A stretch of 64,000 nucleotides of DNA, from NCBI GenBank assembly GCA_965217895.1, contig CBDCJV010000002.1, positions 2,208,001 to 2,272,000 of the forward strand. The letters are read 5' to 3'. The notes beneath the pieces were generated by a model. The model was not told where the DNA came from, searched no databases, and was given only the letters and a program-made list of their open reading frames with translations. Shown piece after piece: positions 1-9,841 of this stretch; positions within the stretch are counted from its first letter, which is position 1, and every line of letters starts with the position of its first letter. This DNA comes from Waterburya sp. (GTDB taxonomy: Bacteria > Cyanobacteriota > Cyanobacteriia > Cyanobacteriales > Xenococcaceae). The translations under genes were made by a program, and so were the position numbers.

Positions 1-443
1 AGCCATCTATGCTTCATAGCCAATCAAAAGATTTAGTTGAAGTACCTATTTTTGCTACAGGAACTCAAAAAAAGCAGTTAAGAAAAGTTTTGGGAGAACC
101 TAACGCTATTCAAAAAGGATACTGGCAAAACAGTAGTGCCTGGATTTATAAAGGTAGGGGTAATGGCTTAATAGACATGGGTTATTTGTTCGATCTCAAT
201 ACCAATAAATTGCGACAAACCGAAGTGGCAATTTCACCCGCTGTAGGTTTAGGAACAACCAGCGAAATTTTGAGCAGTTTGCTTCAGGGTAATATTACGC
301 CATCGGTAAACCAAGGTTTAAAAAAAATATATCAACGTCAGGCAAAGGATTATTCGTTTAGGCTGGGAGATTTATCAGGAAGTATTGAAAGGGATAAAGA
401 TGACAATATTTATTTAGGAGTGTGGGAGTCCGATTTCCACTAA
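1..443 (+). CDS. 5'-truncated CDS; resembles the C-terminal domain of cyanobacterial Ser/Thr kinase-type proteins
   Basis: Frame is open to the window edge; LGEP..GYWQNSSAWIY..DMGYLFD..LRQTE..YLGVW pattern recalled from kinase C-termini. Confidence 0.5.
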   Translation, partial: PSMLHSQSKDLVEVPIFATGTQKKQLRKVLGEPNAIQKGYWQNSSAWIYKGRGNGLIDMGYLFDLNTNKLRQTEVAISPAVGLGTTSEILSSLLQGNITPSVNQGLKKIYQRQAKDYSFRLGDLSGSIERDKDDNIYLGVWESDFH

Positions 444-484
444 ACTAGATCTCAAATCAAAATTATAAAAATAAATATATAGAA

Positions 485-982
485 ATGAAGTTGATTTCAA
501 AATTATTTAATCAGTTAGCGATTTTTACTATATTAATTGCTGTTACACCTATGGCGATCGCCGAGCAGTCAGCTAAAAAAACTGATAGTGACTATTTAAA
601 TAGTATCTTACCAGAGGCAGAAAGAATTCAAAAACAATATGGTATTCCTCTCGATCTAACTCTAGCGATCGCCCGTCAAGAAAGTGGTAACGGAGAATAT
701 GTAATTGGCAAGGGAAACCACTTTGGTCTAAGGTGCGATAGTGATGATTGTATAACCTTGGAAAAAAATGGTCAGATGATTAACTATGAAACTTGTCCTG
801 ATGTTTCTGAGTGCTTTAATATTTTTGCCGAAAGTATCAAAGCTATAGCTGGCGATAAACCGATTACACTTACCAGACTATATGAAAATGGTTATGCTAC
901 CAGTCCTACCTGGGTAGAAAGAGTGAATACAATTCAAAAAGAGGTGCAGCAAACTTTATCAGCAGCAGGTATTAAATACTAA
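485..982 (+). CDS. Secreted glucosaminidase (GH73/FlgJ-like) peptidoglycan hydrolase
   Basis: Signal peptide; LAIARQESG (catalytic Glu), GNHFGL and GYATSP motifs. Confidence 0.8.
   Translation: MKLISKLFNQLAIFTILIAVTPMAIAEQSAKKTDSDYLNSILPEAERIQKQYGIPLDLTLAIARQESGNGEYVIGKGNHFGLRCDSDDCITLEKNGQMINYETCPDVSECFNIFAESIKAIAGDKPITLTRLYENGYATSPTWVERVNTIQKEVQQTLSAAGIKY
554..561. repeat. HIP1 octamer GCGATCGC (one example; recurs throughout the window)
   Basis: Read directly at 554, 665, 31578, 31601 and many other positions; hallmark of cyanobacterial genomes. Confidence 0.97.
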
Positions 983-1036
983 GCAATAGCTTAGATTATT
1001 TGTTCACCAGGTTTCTAGCTTGTAATGTTTGAGCTT

Positions 1037-1789
1037 CTAAAATAGCCATTCCAAATTAATTCCAGCACGATTATCGTTGTTTTCTATGGAGTTTTGCCAT
1101 TCTAAATCTGTAGATAAGCGCAGTTTGGAAGTAACGGCATAGCCAACAGATAGTGAAGTTATACCCACTTCTGTATCACTTCCTGGAGAAATAAAGCTTT
1201 GTGATAAAGAAATATCTCCTGCACCAGTGCGAGAAAGAGCCAGCATTAACCTTAAACCAATGTGCAAACCATCGGTATTAAAGTCGTTGCTCTGCACATA
1301 ACGATAGCCAAGCAGCGGCGCAAAATTAATATAGCTACCTAAAGGGAATAAAAAATAATCTAAGTCTGCACCAAAAGCATTGCGATCGCCATTAAATGCT
1401 GATTGATAGTCGGCACTAAAGGTTAAGCCAGTACGACCAATAAATATATCTTCAATACCAATATTAATTCCTCCTGCATCATTATTAGAAGGAAAAGTAG
1501 TAAAACCTAAACGAAAGCGAGTATCAAAACTCGGATCGTGGCGAATATCCTTTAGTACATCAGGAACTTTTATGAGCCAGCGTTGTAGAGTCGGACTTTC
1601 TTTGAGAACCTTGGCGGGAATATCCAGCTTGTCGCTAACGGTATTAGTCGGAATTTTAGACTCTTGAGCCAAAAGAGGAAGGTTGGCAATGCCAACTAAA
1701 GCAACTTGCCAACCAATCTGAATAGATAATAGCTTTAAGAAATAATTGACGTTCAAAGATATACCTTGAGTTTTTTTACGCCAATCCAT
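1037..1789 (-). CDS. Putative outer-membrane beta-barrel hypothetical protein
   Basis: Amphipathic beta-strand pattern and C-terminal aromatic ending (LEWLF). Confidence 0.55.
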   Translation of the reverse strand: MDWRKKTQGISLNVNYFLKLLSIQIGWQVALVGIANLPLLAQESKIPTNTVSDKLDIPAKVLKESPTLQRWLIKVPDVLKDIRHDPSFDTRFRLGFTTFPSNNDAGGINIGIEDIFIGRTGLTFSADYQSAFNGDRNAFGADLDYFLFPLGSYINFAPLLGYRYVQSNDFNTDGLHIGLRLMLALSRTGAGDISLSQSFISPGSDTEVGITSLSVGYAVTSKLRLSTDLEWQNSIENNDNRAGINLEWLF

Positions 1790-1819
1790 CTTAAATCACT
1801 AGATAACGCAATGATGCCA

Positions 1820-2230
1820 CTATTTTTCTGGAGCAAATTCTAGAGATACACCATTCATACAGTAACGTAAACCAGTAGGCTTAGGGCCATCATTAAATAC
1901 ATGACCCAAATGACCACCACAACGACTACAGTGGACTTCTGTTCTAGTCATAAATAAAGAGCGATCGCTTTTTGTATCAATCGCCTCTTCTAGTGGCTGA
2001 TAAAAACTAGGCCATCCTGTACCGCTATCAAATTTGGTATCAGCACTAAATAGAGGTTGACCACAGCCAGCACAGAGATAAGTCCCCTCATCATAGACTT
2101 TATCTAAAGAACTTGTTCCTGCTCTTTCTGTACCGTGTTTGCGTAATACTTTAAACTGCTCTGGAGTTAGGGTTTCTTTCCACTCCTGCTCGGTTTTTTG
2201 AATTTCGTATTGATTTTCGGATGTTGTCAT
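1820..2230 (-). CDS. msrB: Peptide-methionine (R)-S-oxide reductase MsrB
   Basis: [21 protein letters not shown] and RYCMN motifs; two CxxC; start placed at MTTSEN. Confidence 0.97.
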   Translation of the reverse strand: MTTSENQYEIQKTEQEWKETLTPEQFKVLRKHGTERAGTSSLDKVYDEGTYLCAGCGQPLFSADTKFDSGTGWPSFYQPLEEAIDTKSDRSLFMTRTEVHCSRCGGHLGHVFNDGPKPTGLRYCMNGVSLEFAPEK

Positions 2231-2595
2231 AATTAGTAAATTAATAATTGTAAAGAATCCCCAACTATATTTTAATTGGAAATATAGCTTTTCAAGCAAA
2301 TTACGACAGTGGTGATTATAGTATTAGTAGCTAATTTGTCATCTAGCACCAGGCATTTTATAACAACAGCCTACGGCACAGCTTTTGCTAATCGAGATAA
2401 TCTGTGACTCAGCCAGTAACGTAAATTGTTATGTTTCGTAAGAATTTATGGCTAGGTAGGTTTGATAAACTGGACAGTGAAGTTGAATAGCTAGTATTTT
2501 TTTATCTAGCCATAAACTAACTATATAAGAAAACTGCCTTTGGTATTTTCTTATCGAAAACAAAATAAAATTTATTTTCAGGAGACTAATCAATT

Positions 2596-2928
2596 ATGGT
2601 TCAACGAGGGTCTACAGTCAGAATTCTTCGTCCAGAATCCTATTGGTATAATGAAGTTGGCTCAGTAGCATCGGTAGATACAAGCGGTATTCGTTACCCT
2701 GTAGTCGTACGCTTTGAGAAAGTTAACTATGCTGGCGTGAATACCAATAACTTTGCAGAAGCAGAAGTCAAGGAAGTATCTGCTCCTCCCAAAAAAGCTG
2801 CTAAAAAAGCACCGGCTGGGAAGAAAGCACCGGCTGAGAAGAAAATACCCGCTGAGGAGAAAGCACCTGCTGCCAAACAAGATCCAGCACCAGCTAAAGA
2901 TAAAGAACCTGAGTCAGGTGCAGGCTAA
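2596..2928 (+). CDS. psaE: Photosystem I subunit IV PsaE with a Lys/Ala/Pro-rich C-terminal extension
   Basis: [47 protein letters not shown] upstream. Confidence 0.97.
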   Translation: MVQRGSTVRILRPESYWYNEVGSVASVDTSGIRYPVVVRFEKVNYAGVNTNNFAEAEVKEVSAPPKKAAKKAPAGKKAPAEKKIPAEEKAPAAKQDPAPAKDKEPESGAG

Positions 2929-3007
2929 ATAAATATATTTCTAGAAATACTTTTCCTAGAAATATACTTGCTCAATCAAGCGTGATTATTATACTTTGTC
3001 CTAATCT

Positions 3008-3046
3008 AATCCCTCAGTATTAAATTGTTCTGAGGGATTGTTTTTT
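3008..3046 (+). terminator. Intrinsic terminator after psaE
   Basis: AATCCCTCAG..CTGAGGGATT stem followed by a T tract. Confidence 0.75.
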
Positions 3047-3091
3047 GGCTAACAATCGCGACTGTTGCTATAAGAACATGACTATCTATCT

Positions 3092-4687
3092 ATGAGTAAT
3101 CGAGATTTATTTGCTCGCGAGGCATTGGCGCAGATTCCTAAAATTCTGACTTTGTTAGATCGCAATCATCATAGCCCTACCTATGGTTGTTTTGATCGCA
3201 CTTTTTGGCAGTATAAGGTAATTGATTTTCCTGCGGGGATGTCACAGGAATTCGTCTACCCTTTGGCTTTGGCATATTACTGTAATCTAAACGGCAACAT
3301 TTTTTATCAACAGCCAGCTATTAAAGAGTGGGTGGAAGCAGGTATTGTTTATGCAGCCAGGAGTAGCCATTCTAACGGTTCATGTGATGATTACTTTCCT
3401 TACGAAAGGGCAGCGGGGGCAGCAGCTTTTTCTTTGTTTGCCTGTATTGAAAGCTATAAATTAATGGGTTTAGATAACCCTGAAATACTCAAGTTCTTTT
3501 GTAGACGGGCAGACTGGTTAGCAAAACATCAAGAAAGCGGACGTTTAACTAATCATCAGGCTTTAATTGTCTTGTGCTTGGAGTCTTTAGGTAATCTGCT
3601 TAAAATAGATCGCTGGGATGTATATAAACAAGAACGTTTAGAACAGGTGCTAGCTTGGCAAAACCCTGAAGGCTGGTTTATTGAATACGAGGGTTGCGAT
3701 CCTGGATATCATACTTTGACTATTTCCTGTTTGGCGCGGATATATGAGCTTAATCCAAGTGACCAACTTAAAAGAGCGATCGCCTTGGCAGTCAAACTTG
3801 CAGCCCAATTTGTTCATCCTGATGGTTCTTATGGGGGAGAATATACTAGTCGCAACACCTACAATTTTTTTCCTCATGGCTTTGAGTTGGTAGGTAAATG
3901 GCTACCAGAAGCTTTAAATATTAACGATCGCTTTTTACAGGGACTTGCTCATGGTTTAGGCTCTTGTTATGCTGACGATCGCATTATTGGTCATCATACC
4001 TGGAATTATCTTTTGGCTTGGAGCGATTTTATTTCCACCCGCCCGCCTTTGCAGCCTCGTCCCCAAGGACGTATTTATCTTGAGCAAGGCGGTATTTTGA
4101 TTGATCGCCGTGACACAACTGAATTATATTTGGCTTTGAATAAAGGTGGTGTGTTTAAGCTATTTCGTGATGGTCAGTTGGTTGCTTCAGATACTCAGTT
4201 TTCTCTATTAGTCCAAAAAGGTAACAAGCTCAAAAATGCAGTGGCGCATTTGGTAGGCAATTACGAAATTGAGCTAGAAGCAAATCAAATTGCGATCGCT
4301 GGAAACTTGGGCTGGGCAAAGCAAAAGCAGATGAATTCTCTCAATTTGATTATTCTGCGCCTAGTTATGTTATCTCTGGGGCGGTTTTTTCCTAATCTAA
4401 TTCGTCGAATATTACAAAAAATCTTAATTACGGGTAAGACAGACGCACCTTTTAAGTTCTGCCGACGTTTATCTTGGCAAAACGGTTGCTGGTGCGTTGA
4501 GGATCGACTAACTGCGGAATCTTGGGCTAATGTCGTAGCAGCAGATATTGGTTGCGATCGCACTTCTATTTATGTGGTGATGAGCCGTACTTTCCAACCA
4601 GGACAACTGCAACCTGCTGTAGATTTAAGCGATCGGGTTAATAAATTAAATCCAAACGAACCACTTAATCTATCTAGAAATATCTAA
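3092..4687 (+). CDS. Conserved hypothetical protein, possibly an alpha/alpha-barrel carbohydrate-active enzyme
   Basis: 531-aa ORF with repeated QNPEGWF / HPDGSY helix-turn motifs. Confidence 0.55.
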   Translation: MSNRDLFAREALAQIPKILTLLDRNHHSPTYGCFDRTFWQYKVIDFPAGMSQEFVYPLALAYYCNLNGNIFYQQPAIKEWVEAGIVYAARSSHSNGSCDDYFPYERAAGAAAFSLFACIESYKLMGLDNPEILKFFCRRADWLAKHQESGRLTNHQALIVLCLESLGNLLKIDRWDVYKQERLEQVLAWQNPEGWFIEYEGCDPGYHTLTISCLARIYELNPSDQLKRAIALAVKLAAQFVHPDGSYGGEYTSRNTYNFFPHGFELVGKWLPEALNINDRFLQGLAHGLGSCYADDRIIGHHTWNYLLAWSDFISTRPPLQPRPQGRIYLEQGGILIDRRDTTELYLALNKGGVFKLFRDGQLVASDTQFSLLVQKGNKLKNAVAHLVGNYEIELEANQIAIAGNLGWAKQKQMNSLNLIILRLVMLSLGRFFPNLIRRILQKILITGKTDAPFKFCRRLSWQNGCWCVEDRLTAESWANVVAADIGCDRTSIYVVMSRTFQPGQLQPAVDLSDRVNKLNPNEPLNLSRNI

Positions 4688-5136
4688 AACAAATAATCAG
4701 ACTAATGGCTGAATTTTAGCTAGTCGTAAATAAATGTAATCTAATTTACCAAAACATAAAAATGTAATTTCTCATTTAAATTACATAGCTATTATTAGTT
4801 ATATTTAGGCATAGTTTTGCTATTTTTATGCTGCTTTTTGTATCTATTTTTTAGATCTAAAACAATATTAAATATTTCGATTTTTGCTGTTATAAATTAT
4901 TTAATAATAAGCATTAAAAGGAAAATATAAACTACTAATGAATTCAGCTAAATAGCTGATGCTTTATTACTATTATGTTAACTATAGTCTATTCATAGGA
5001 TCGAAAAAAGTTGCGTGTTCAACTACAGTTTAGATCAAAATCTAAGTAAAAATAAAGTTGAAAAAGCTTTTTTCTTTTTTATAAACCTATTTAAACTTAA
5101 AAGTTGCTAAAGTATACTGAATATAGAAATAACATT

Positions 5137-5634
5137 ATGGCAATGATTGACCAAACTAAATCTACCCTCACTTTAAGTTGGCTCAAAACCAAGCTAATCC
5201 ATTGCGAAAATGGCGTTATCATCGAAAATACCTGTTCTTGTAGTTTTGAAGGTATTCAAAGCTTTATTGAAAGTATCGAGCATAATTCCATGACTCCAGC
5301 TATTTACTATCAAGCTTTTCCCGAAGAAAGTGCAGATCAATTCTTAGATACTTTGAGAGAGGAATTAGCCTCTAAATTAGGAAATATTGAATTTAAATCC
5401 AATCAATCTTTATTAGATATCATCAAAGCAGCAGCCTTGAAAATGGTGATTATAGATCGAAGTCATCTTCATCCTTTAAACACCATCAATCACCTTTTAG
5501 ATTTCTTTGGTTACTGCAATGTTTCTTTAATTTTGGTTGGTTCTCGTAATAAATTGGAAATAGCTCAAATTTTGAGTAATCCTACTATTTCTCAATGGGA
5601 ACAATTTAGCGTGTGTGACAAATCTAAGGCGTGA
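5137..5634 (+). CDS. Degenerate TniB/TnsC-like AAA+ domain protein lacking Walker A
   Basis: Colinear WL..K / PAIYY / KMVIID / VSLILVGS segments as in TnsC-type ATPases; no GxxxxGKT; start placed at ATG 5137. Confidence 0.6.
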   Translation: MAMIDQTKSTLTLSWLKTKLIHCENGVIIENTCSCSFEGIQSFIESIEHNSMTPAIYYQAFPEESADQFLDTLREELASKLGNIEFKSNQSLLDIIKAAALKMVIIDRSHLHPLNTINHLLDFFGYCNVSLILVGSRNKLEIAQILSNPTISQWEQFSVCDKSKA

Positions 5635-5732
5635 TCTAAATTGCCCTAAAACAAGCTAATAAATTTCTTCTTCTGCTTCAAGATGAATTTTAAGCTAAAA
5701 GCGATCGCATATTTGATGGTTTTAGTAACGGA

Positions 5733-6416
5733 CTACTTAGCTATTATAATTTTTTTAATTTCCTGCTGGCAAATCCACCAAAAGTAAATCGTCAGGTTAA
5801 TTAAACCAATCAGCTTCGTCCCATCTTCTAGCATGGCATGAATACCTCGACTGTTAATAGGCGCAATATCGATCGCGCCAGAAAAGCCAAATAAACAAAA
5901 AGATGCCAGTAAGGGAATATAAGGAGTTCGACTGATTGTGCGACGAAACACCCGACCATAGGTAATGAGCAACAAACCATATAGAAGATATATGCTTAGC
6001 TTGACTAGTTTACAAGTTCCAAAAAAGGCGCACAAAATCAAAGTTAAACGAAAGCGATCGTCAATGTAGAGTAATAACATTAATAACGCACTAGCAAATA
6101 AAAAAATTTGAAAGCGACGGTTTGCAGGAGGTAATAAAAAAGCGGTAAAAAGGGTTATGGCGATCGCCGTACACCACATAAACTCAGAAACGCTGGTTAA
6201 CCAGCCTAGATAAAAAATCCCAAAATAAAAAGGATCGCCAAACAGACTTTCTATTCCTGCCCCTTTACTTTTAAGCTTGGCGTAGATACTAAGTAAGCTC
6301 AAAATTACAATAGTGATGGCATTCAACCAAATTAAAATGGGAATGCTGTTAAAGTGCTGCTGACTCTTACTTAGCCAAGATCTAAAAAATGGTAAAGAAG
6401 TAGATTTATCTTTCAT
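5733..6416 (-). CDS. Multi-pass membrane hypothetical protein
   Basis: About 6 hydrophobic segments; IDDRF and LEDGTK motifs. Confidence 0.7.
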   Translation of the reverse strand: MKDKSTSLPFFRSWLSKSQQHFNSIPILIWLNAITIVILSLLSIYAKLKSKGAGIESLFGDPFYFGIFYLGWLTSVSEFMWCTAIAITLFTAFLLPPANRRFQIFLFASALLMLLLYIDDRFRLTLILCAFFGTCKLVKLSIYLLYGLLLITYGRVFRRTISRTPYIPLLASFCLFGFSGAIDIAPINSRGIHAMLEDGTKLIGLINLTIYFWWICQQEIKKIIIAK

Positions 6417-6620
6417 AAATAGTAAATATAAGATTTTTGAGCTTGATTAAACAAACCAATATTAATCATTCTTATGCTACGAAAAGAAAAACAAGTAATG
6501 GAGAATTGCGATTGCCATCCACAACTAGCAATAATCAAATATAAATTAATTTATTATCTTTTCCTATACACTTTTAAAAGCTTACGGCTTAAAGCTTAAA
6601 GCTACGATCGAAAATCATTT

Positions 6621-7589
6621 ATGAATCTTAAACGCTTTATATCCCTGGTAATTAGCGTCGCTATTTTACTTTATATCTATACTCAAATTGATTTTGCTAA
6701 TCTTTTGAAGGTTTTTCAAAATTGCGATCGCCTGATGTTATTGATTAGTTTAGCAATGGTGATTCCCATTACTTTGATTACCTCATGGAGACTACAGCAG
6801 CTAGTACCACGGCGTACTTTAGGGTTTTTAGAGGCCAATCGTTTGATTTTGGGTGCTAGCGTACTGAATATGATTTTACCCTCAAAGATGGGAGATCTTG
6901 CCAAGTCCTATTTTATGGCTGAACGTTCTAATCTAAGCGGTAGCTTGGCTTTATCTATTTCTATTTTTGAAAAGGCTTGTGACTTACTTTCCCTGCTGCT
7001 GTGGTGCGTTTTTGGCTTAATTTTATATCCTGCCAAAGATAGTTTATTTTGGATCATGACCGCAGGTGTGGCGATCGGCTTAATTATGGGAATATTGCTA
7101 TTAAGCTGGCAACAATTTGCCGAGTTATTTTTCAAATTAGGTATTAGAATTGCCCCCAAGTCTCTCAAAAATAAGCTACAAAAAATGCAGGCTGCTTGGG
7201 GAGAAATGCACAGTTATTTTTGGCATAATAAGCAACAGCTATTGCTAGTTACCAGCACTTCTATTTTTATCTGGTTTTTGCACTTATTACAAATTTGGCT
7301 ATTTATCTTAGCTCTCAAAGCCTTCACTCCTTTTATTATTAGTTTGGCTCTTTCTCCTCTAGCAATCCTGGCAGGATTGCTACCCTTAACTTTTGCAGGA
7401 ATTGGCACTCGCGATGCAGCCATAATTTATTTTTACCAAGACTACTTTAGTCAAGCAACAGGGGCAGCATTAGGCTTGCTGTGTACCTCTCGCTACTTTA
7501 TTCCCGCTTTGATTGGACTCCCTTTTTTGGGGCAAATGCTGGGAGCGGTCAATCAGAAAGTTAAGGATAATTATACTAAATCCGATTGA
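6621..7589 (+). CDS. Lysylphosphatidylglycerol synthase TM-domain (UPF0104) flippase-like protein
   Basis: LNMILPSKMGD, EKACD and LPLTFAGIGTRD motifs. Confidence 0.85.
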   Translation: MNLKRFISLVISVAILLYIYTQIDFANLLKVFQNCDRLMLLISLAMVIPITLITSWRLQQLVPRRTLGFLEANRLILGASVLNMILPSKMGDLAKSYFMAERSNLSGSLALSISIFEKACDLLSLLLWCVFGLILYPAKDSLFWIMTAGVAIGLIMGILLLSWQQFAELFFKLGIRIAPKSLKNKLQKMQAAWGEMHSYFWHNKQQLLLVTSTSIFIWFLHLLQIWLFILALKAFTPFIISLALSPLAILAGLLPLTFAGIGTRDAAIIYFYQDYFSQATGAALGLLCTSRYFIPALIGLPFLGQMLGAVNQKVKDNYTKSD

Positions 7590-7787
7590 CCAAGGTAGTT
7601 ATCAACTTCCTGACCTCTGACTTCTAAAATAAATAAGTTATCTATACGAACAAGATTTAGTATAAATTGAGTAATTTTTCATAAAAACCAGAGAATTATT
7701 TATTTCTACCCAAGGTCTAACACGACAAAATGTTATGTTTAACATTAAGTTAAATTACGACCAAGATATTGTTAAAATTCCCTCAGC

Positions 7788-8774
7788 TTGAATAAAAATA
7801 GTTTACTAATCCCAGATAACCAAACCGAACAGATTTCTGCCAAGGATCTGTCTTCTAGGGAAAAAATAATTGCTAGTAGCATAAGCCTAGGAATTTTATT
7901 TATAGCGATAGTTGCTTTGGCTTTTTCGCCTATATTTACCAAACTCAGCGAAATAGAATTTCTCACCCCAACGACAATTGTTTTCAATCGCCTGTGGATT
8001 GCAACTATTATTATTAGTTGTTGGCAACTTATTAAGACTCCTTCAGAATTTAAGCAGATCCAATCTCTAGACAATATTCCCAATTACAAAGAACAAGGTT
8101 TGCTGATCCTAGCTAGCGTTGCGGCTACAGTTTCATCTTTGTTGTGGGCAGTATCTTTAACTCAGACAAGCGTTGCTAGTTCTACAGTTTTGCGAAGTCT
8201 AACACCTGTATTTATCAGTTTAGGTGCATGGCTCATCTTAAAACAACAGTTTAGCCGTCAGTTTGTTACGGGTATGGCAATATCCATAGCTGGTGGAATG
8301 ATAATTGGCTGGGATGATTTGCACTTAGGGACAGAGTATTTATCTGGTGACAGCATGGCATTACTGTCGGCTGCACTGCACGGAGTAAACTTACTTACGG
8401 TGGGCTATTTACGCGATCGCGACTGTAACACGACTAAAGTACTATTTTGGCGATGTGGTTTTGGTACTTTAATTATTTTGCCTGTACTTTTCTTAACGGA
8501 TACCCCAATGTTTCCAGTATCAATTCAAGGCTGGTCAACAGTTATTGCCCTGGCGGTTATTTGTCAGACTTTTGGACAAGGTTTGTTGATTTATAGTTTA
8601 AAGCAATTCTCTTCAAGCTTTGTAGGCATATTTACTTTACTCAAGCCAATAATTACTGCCTTTCTTGCCTGGGTGATTTTTGCCGAAAATTTAAATATGA
8701 CTAGCTGTATTGCCGTAATTTTAATTTTATGGGGCATTCATCTCGCAAAATCGAGCAACTCAGCCGTAAACTAA
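7788..8774 (+). CDS. DMT/EamA family transporter
   Basis: Two EamA repeats; TSVASSTVLRSLTPVF, GDSMAL, GQGL. Confidence 0.9.
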   Translation: MNKNSLLIPDNQTEQISAKDLSSREKIIASSISLGILFIAIVALAFSPIFTKLSEIEFLTPTTIVFNRLWIATIIISCWQLIKTPSEFKQIQSLDNIPNYKEQGLLILASVAATVSSLLWAVSLTQTSVASSTVLRSLTPVFISLGAWLILKQQFSRQFVTGMAISIAGGMIIGWDDLHLGTEYLSGDSMALLSAALHGVNLLTVGYLRDRDCNTTKVLFWRCGFGTLIILPVLFLTDTPMFPVSIQGWSTVIALAVICQTFGQGLLIYSLKQFSSSFVGIFTLLKPIITAFLAWVIFAENLNMTSCIAVILILWGIHLAKSSNSAVN

Positions 8775-8789
8775 AATCCAAAAGCTTTT

Positions 8790-9662
8790 TTAATCAATTT
8801 GTGAATGTTTACGTGGTCGTATTTTTGAACCATACATCCGAGTATAAACATGGGTGAACTCTGCCCCAAATAAAATAATTTGAGCAGAATAGTATACCCA
8901 TGCCAAAAAGACAATCAGCGAACCTGCTGCACCATAGGCTGAACCCAAGCTGCCTTTACTAAGATACAAACCCAGCAAATACTTGCCAAACAGAAATAGC
9001 AGTGCCGTAATTATTGAGCCGATCAAAACATCTTTCCAAGCAATTTTTACATCGGGAACATATTTAAACATCAGGCAAAATAAAAAGGTAATCAGCCCAA
9101 AAGAGACGATGAAGTCTAGGTTTTCCCAGAGAATCGCTGAACCAGGCAGAAAATCTGTTCGGTAACGGCTTAGAGTAGCAACAACAGCACTTAATATTAA
9201 AGATAAAATCAGTAAAACTCCGATCGCCAACACCATTAGAAATGATGATAAACGTTTGCGTAGAAACGGCATAATTCCTTGTCCTGGTTGGGGTTTTACT
9301 TTCCAAACTGTATTGAGGGCATCCTGTAGCTGGGCAAAAATACCTGATGCACCGATTATTAATACTCCAATGCTAATTAAAGAAGCAAACCCCCTAATTT
9401 TAGGCTGGCTGATGTTGTTGAGTGCTTGCAAAATCGGTTTAACTCCATCCTGCCCTACCAAAGCAACTAGCTGATCGGTAATTTTTGTTTGAGCCGTCTG
9501 ATCCCCAAAAATTGTCCCCGCAATGGCGATCGCAATTACTAGTAAAGGTGAGATTGAAAAGACGGTGTAATATGCCAAGGCTGCTGCAATCAAAGGTGCT
9601 TTATCTGCTTGCCATTCTTTAAAGGTTTCTTGAAGCAATCGCCCGATTTTACGTAAATTCAT
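8790..9662 (-). CDS. YihY/BrkB family membrane protein
   Basis: AAALAYYTVFSISP and YGAAGSLIVFLAWVYYSAQIILFGAEF. Confidence 0.95.
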   Translation of the reverse strand: MNLRKIGRLLQETFKEWQADKAPLIAAALAYYTVFSISPLLVIAIAIAGTIFGDQTAQTKITDQLVALVGQDGVKPILQALNNISQPKIRGFASLISIGVLIIGASGIFAQLQDALNTVWKVKPQPGQGIMPFLRKRLSSFLMVLAIGVLLILSLILSAVVATLSRYRTDFLPGSAILWENLDFIVSFGLITFLFCLMFKYVPDVKIAWKDVLIGSIITALLFLFGKYLLGLYLSKGSLGSAYGAAGSLIVFLAWVYYSAQIILFGAEFTHVYTRMYGSKIRPRKHSQID

Positions 9663-9841
9663 TGATTTTAGGTTTCATTTACCAAAAGTTTTTACTGCCC
9701 TTAAATTGAGCATTTTGTAAAGAATGTATCATCGCGCATCTAGTTTTTATCAAGACTTGGCTAATTTGGGATGAGTATTATCTCTTAGGCAAAAATACGT
9801 AATAGCATATATGTTTACCAAAAATTTCAAAAAGCTATTTC

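Noticed and set aside
4690..5730. Tn7/CAST transposon around the TnsC-like gene
   Set aside because: No tnsB, tniQ, cas12k, array or recognisable transposon ends in the window
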